From Candidatus Methanophagaceae archaeon (GTDB lineage: Archaea > Halobacteriota > Syntropharchaeia > Alkanophagales > Methanospirareceae), in NCBI GenBank assembly GCA_003194435.1, contig PQXC01000005.1:30110-94109 (forward strand): 64,000 nt of DNA. Reading direction: 5' to 3'. The number at the start of each line of letters is the position of its first letter. Within the stretch, counting starts at the first letter, position 1. The notes below the pieces were generated by a model. The model worked only from the letters and a program-made list of their open reading frames with translations. It ran no database searches and was not told the origin of the DNA. Positions 60,538-64,000 of the stretch are shown here, in pieces. The position numbers were made by a program, and so were the translations under genes.

Positions 60538-62403
60538 CTACGGGTATATTGGCTCATTGAAATATATATGCTTTGCTAATAATATTACATCATCAAAAGT
60601 AACTTTGCCATCGCTATTTACATCAGGATCATCGCTTACATGTTCATTGAAATATATATGTTTTGCTAATGATATTACATCATCAAAAGTAACTTCACCG
60701 TTACCATCCATGTCGCCTGTTCTCTGCTTGCTACCCTCCACCACCAGTATCGCATTACTCGCCTCCATGTAATCGCAACTGCTCTGGAACGCAGCCACAT
60801 TCGTCGTATTTAGATACGGTGTGACATCACACTCATTAATGCCTATCTGTGAGTCGCCTGCAAACTTCCACACATCACTCCACTTATGCCCGTTGAATAT
60901 CAACTCGCCCTCATCCGAAGCGCCCGGCGCCACTGTTATCAACCGTGCACTCCTGTTACCCGCATCTTCAATCGCCCCCGTGAACGGCGCATAAGCAGTC
61001 GCTTCTTCGGGCGTTGTGCACTTATCAGAGCCACCGTAGAGCAAATCAAACCCTTCATTCACAAATATCTTGCACCACTCTGGACCTTCCCCACTCTCGC
61101 TCTCGTATATCACCGCGAGCAACATACCCCGTATGGATGGATTACCAGCAACCGGATTCAGATTCTCAAGAACTGCGGTGTTACCGCTATTATTGAATTC
61201 GCCGGTTACATTGTATGCAAGCATTCCATACGGATAGTCGGAGCCGTCGTACCCCTTGCGATCTGTATAAAACGCATCCCGCTCCACCGTGATATTGTTA
61301 AATCTCAGACTGACATTGTCAGGCATCCCCTGCACCTTATCCCATGTGTAATACACATACAGTCTCGCTTCTTTTACTATCGCATCTTTACCATCAGGAA
61401 TGGATAAATCCGCTGTGCTCCAGTTGACTGTATACTTGTACCATGGTTGTGTGGAACCACTCAAATAACGGCTATCTCCTGTTGAATATAGAAAACCGCC
61501 CCTAACTTTATATTCCCGCGCGGTGGTTATATTAATATCACCATTCCCGGTCTCAGCGCCACCGCCGGTATATCGCTTACCTTTATACCCGTTATTTACC
61601 ACCTGCATGGTTACTTCCTTTTCATTATTATCGTTATCTATCTCTGCAACTTCATCTCTACAATCCGCCTTCACTCTTATTGTAACATTGACCCCCGCTA
61701 CTCTTGACGTAAGGTCTAAAACTGCTACCTGAGTACTGCTGTTAGCAGCCAGCCCCGGAACCCGGATTTCCTCTGTTTTATCTCCCACCTGAAAACTGAC
61801 ATTGAATGCACCTGCATCCTCTGTACCGATATTCTTTACTGTTGCATTTATGTGGTTGCTCTCATTCGCAAATAAGAACCCGCAATTAGGATTTGGCTCT
61901 ATATCTGCAACTACCAGCTCCCGTCCTTTACAATGGTCCGCTATGACCACTTGCGTCTCGCCCCTTACCGCACCATAATAAACACGAATTACCGCAGTGC
62001 CCTTTTCCGTTCCCGCTTTCAGCGTTGCATGTGCATAGCCATCTTTGTCTGTTTTATCCCACACAGCAGTCCTGGTATACCGCCCTCCTGTAGGTGCATC
62101 AATCAGCTCAGCATCGAATGGACCCTCCATCACAAATGTAAGAGGGAAGCCCTCACTGGGCACGCCACTATCATTCACTGCGCGCGCTGTTATTAGCGCC
62201 TCCGCTTCACCATTGGCGAGAATGCAGGTTCGATTCGCGGTGACCATGATCATAGTAGGCTTCGGTGGTTGAGGTGTACCAGGGTCGCCAGCACTAATTA
62301 CCACCCCAAACATCACCGATACAAGAACAATAACTGCCGTTATAGCTACAAATATTCCCTTCCCCCTCTTATGCTCATGCACTACCCCTATCTTCATCTT
62401 CAT
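60538..62403 (-). CDS. Secreted Ig-like/CARDB/DUF3344-like protein with a C-terminal dockerin
   Basis: VKNIGTEDAGAFNV..VAEIDNDNN, ARLYVYYTW, and GDMDGNGEVTFDD / DVNSDGKVTFDD. Confidence 0.82.
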   Translation of the reverse strand: MKMKIGVVHEHKRGKGIFVAITAVIVLVSVMFGVVISAGDPGTPQPPKPTMIMVTANRTCILANGEAEALITARAVNDSGVPSEGFPLTFVMEGPFDAELIDAPTGGRYTRTAVWDKTDKDGYAHATLKAGTEKGTAVIRVYYGAVRGETQVVIADHCKGRELVVADIEPNPNCGFLFANESNHINATVKNIGTEDAGAFNVSFQVGDKTEEIRVPGLAANSSTQVAVLDLTSRVAGVNVTIRVKADCRDEVAEIDNDNNEKEVTMQVVNNGYKGKRYTGGGAETGNGDINITTAREYKVRGGFLYSTGDSRYLSGSTQPWYKYTVNWSTADLSIPDGKDAIVKEARLYVYYTWDKVQGMPDNVSLRFNNITVERDAFYTDRKGYDGSDYPYGMLAYNVTGEFNNSGNTAVLENLNPVAGNPSIRGMLLAVIYESESGEGPEWCKIFVNEGFDLLYGGSDKCTTPEEATAYAPFTGAIEDAGNRSARLITVAPGASDEGELIFNGHKWSDVWKFAGDSQIGINECDVTPYLNTTNVAAFQSSCDYMEASNAILVVEGSKQRTGDMDGNGEVTFDDVISLAKHIYFNEHVSDDPDVNSDGKVTFDDVILLAKHIYFNEPIYP

Positions 62404-62439
62404 CTCTCACCTTTACCCTGCTTCTTCTCTATGTCCCTC

Positions 62440-62512
62440 TATATATAAAAGCATATGCTTTTTACATGTGCCTTATATCTGCATATCACTACTGCTTATA
62501 AACGTAAGCAGT
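62440..62512 (-). promoter_or_regulatory. Putative TATA box with flanking palindromic operators upstream of the dockerin/cohesin cluster
   Basis: Minus-strand TTTTATATA about 40 bp before the ATG; perfect palindrome AAAAGCATATGCTTTT (62447-62462); ACTGCTTA-N6-TAAGCAGT (62491-62512). Confidence 0.4.
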
Positions 62513-62677
62513 TTCTCAATATTTAAGCTTTTCTATTATGTTATGTTCTTATTGTATCATCACAGGCTAAAATACAGATACGGGAAAAGAGTATAATCCA
62601 AACCTGTTAAGGGAAAAGAATAAAAGAAAAAAGAAGAATAAAGGAGTTTTTATCGCTTAATTTTTTGTTTCGTTCGT

Positions 62678-64000
62678 TCACTCTGCACTCTGCTCCCCAC
62701 CGTCTGTCTCAGCCTCCGCTTCCACTGCCGCTCCTTCCCCCTGTGTCATAATGGGCATCGGCATCGCCGTCTCTGTCAATGCCTCTATCTGCGCATATAC
62801 CTGCTTGTCACGGTAATGCTTCATTGTAGCGGCACCTGAGGGGCATATTGCATTGCACGCGCCACAGCCCTTGCAGATTGCTTCGTTCACCGTCATTACG
62901 TGCCTCACTTCATCGAATACGAGTGCACCAAACGGGCATGTCTGCTCACAGCACCGACATCCTATGCAAATCTCCTCGTTTATCTCCGATATCGCCGGCT
63001 CTATCTTCGCCTTACCCTCTATCAAATATACGAGCGAGCCAGAAGCTGCCGCCTTACCCTGCGCTATACTGTCTGTTATATCTTTTGGACTCACACAGCA
63101 ACCCGCAATGAATACTCCATCTACTGCCGTATCCACGGGTCTGAGCTTCGGATGCGCTTCCAGCAAGAACCTGTCCGCAGACTCCGAGAGCTTGAGCATA
63201 TCCACTACACTCTCCACTCCCTTATTCGGTACTAAGCCCACACCGAGCACCACGAGGTCCGCTTCCTTTTCGTATGGCTCTCCTATCATGGTGTTCTCGC
63301 CTCTCACCACTACTCTGTCACTGCCCGGTTTCCTGTATATCTCTGCCGGCAGTCCCCTCAGATAGAATACCCCTTCCTCCTTCACCTGGTCGTAAAACTC
63401 CTCAAAGCCCTTGCCAAACGCTCTCACATCCTGATAACATACGGTCACGTTCGCATCGGGTATTTGTTCCTTCACCAAATGCGCCTGCTTCGCTAAATAC
63501 ATACAGCATATTCGCGAACAGTACTCATTCCCAACCTGCTTATTGCGCGAGCCCACGCAGCTTATGAATACAACATCCTTCGGCTTCTTGCCGTTCAGCT
63601 CTATCTTACCGCCCGTCGGTCCGCTCGGAGATGACAACCGCTCAAACTCCAGGCTCGTTATCACATTTGGATACACGCCATACTTGTATTCCGGCGCTAC
63701 TTGCGGGTCCACTATGTCATAGCCCGTTGCCACTATTATCGTACCCACAGTATATTCCTCTACTCTCTCCTCTTCACTGAAATCTATTGCACCCGGCGAG
63801 CATACACTCATACACGGTGGCACTTCCTTGCCCTCTTTTATCGTCTCGAGTGTGGCATTACCGCATTTCCCTTCCTTCAACAATGCACAGTGCTCAGCAT
63901 CCACGATATACGCAGGTGGCACCGCGAAGGGGAACGGCATATAAATGGCACTTCTAACACCCAGCCCCTCATCATATTCGTTCGGTATATCCTTGACCGG
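62678..64000 (-). CDS. hdrA: Heterodisulfide reductase subunit A-like flavoprotein, 5'-partial
   Basis: IIVATG, EFERL..SGPTGG, CVGSR..YCSRICC, HPKLRP, two C-terminal ferredoxin motifs. The frame is open to the window end. Confidence 0.93.
   Translation of the reverse strand, partial: PVKDIPNEYDEGLGVRSAIYMPFPFAVPPAYIVDAEHCALLKEGKCGNATLETIKEGKEVPPCMSVCSPGAIDFSEEERVEEYTVGTIIVATGYDIVDPQVAPEYKYGVYPNVITSLEFERLSSPSGPTGGKIELNGKKPKDVVFISCVGSRNKQVGNEYCSRICCMYLAKQAHLVKEQIPDANVTVCYQDVRAFGKGFEEFYDQVKEEGVFYLRGLPAEIYRKPGSDRVVVRGENTMIGEPYEKEADLVVLGVGLVPNKGVESVVDMLKLSESADRFLLEAHPKLRPVDTAVDGVFIAGCCVSPKDITDSIAQGKAAASGSLVYLIEGKAKIEPAISEINEEICIGCRCCEQTCPFGALVFDEVRHVMTVNEAICKGCGACNAICPSGAATMKHYRDKQVYAQIEALTETAMPMPIMTQGEGAAVEAEAETDGGEQSAE

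Noticed and set aside
53228..60710. Diversity-generating retroelement TR/VR pair
   Set aside because: No reverse transcriptase in the window, both copies are coding, and the mismatches do not look adenine-specific.
143..63567. Numerous short antisense or overlapping ORFs in the six-frame track
   Set aside because: They are shadows of well-supported genes on the other strand or frame and have no motifs.

Overview
This is an archaeal chromosome window. FttA/aCPSF1, AglB, A-type ATP synthase, HdrA and PGF-CTERM-like anchors suggest a Halobacteriota methanogen/ANME-1-like organism (inferred, not proven). The main find is an AT-rich integron-like gene-cassette array at about 5290-11350, between iscU and pheS. 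It has four 76-88 bp attC-like fold-back sites. The inverse core (..AAC) of each site is the reverse complement of the GTT.. core at the start of the same cassette, and each cassette has its own extended terminal inverted repeats. An attI-like site lies upstream, but no integrase is present in the window. The cargo looks defence/repair-like: a NucS-type PD-(D/E)XK nuclease, a broken TIR protein, a HEPN-motif protein, and an endonuclease III-like gene disrupted next to an IS110. The rest of the window holds housekeeping genes; a roughly 25 kb aglB/rml/wzm-wzt surface-glycan locus with two PIN toxin-antitoxin modules and several pseudogenes; a roughly 540 bp tandem duplication after an isolated atpAB pair; a cohesin-dockerin surface-protein cluster; and a partial hdrA.
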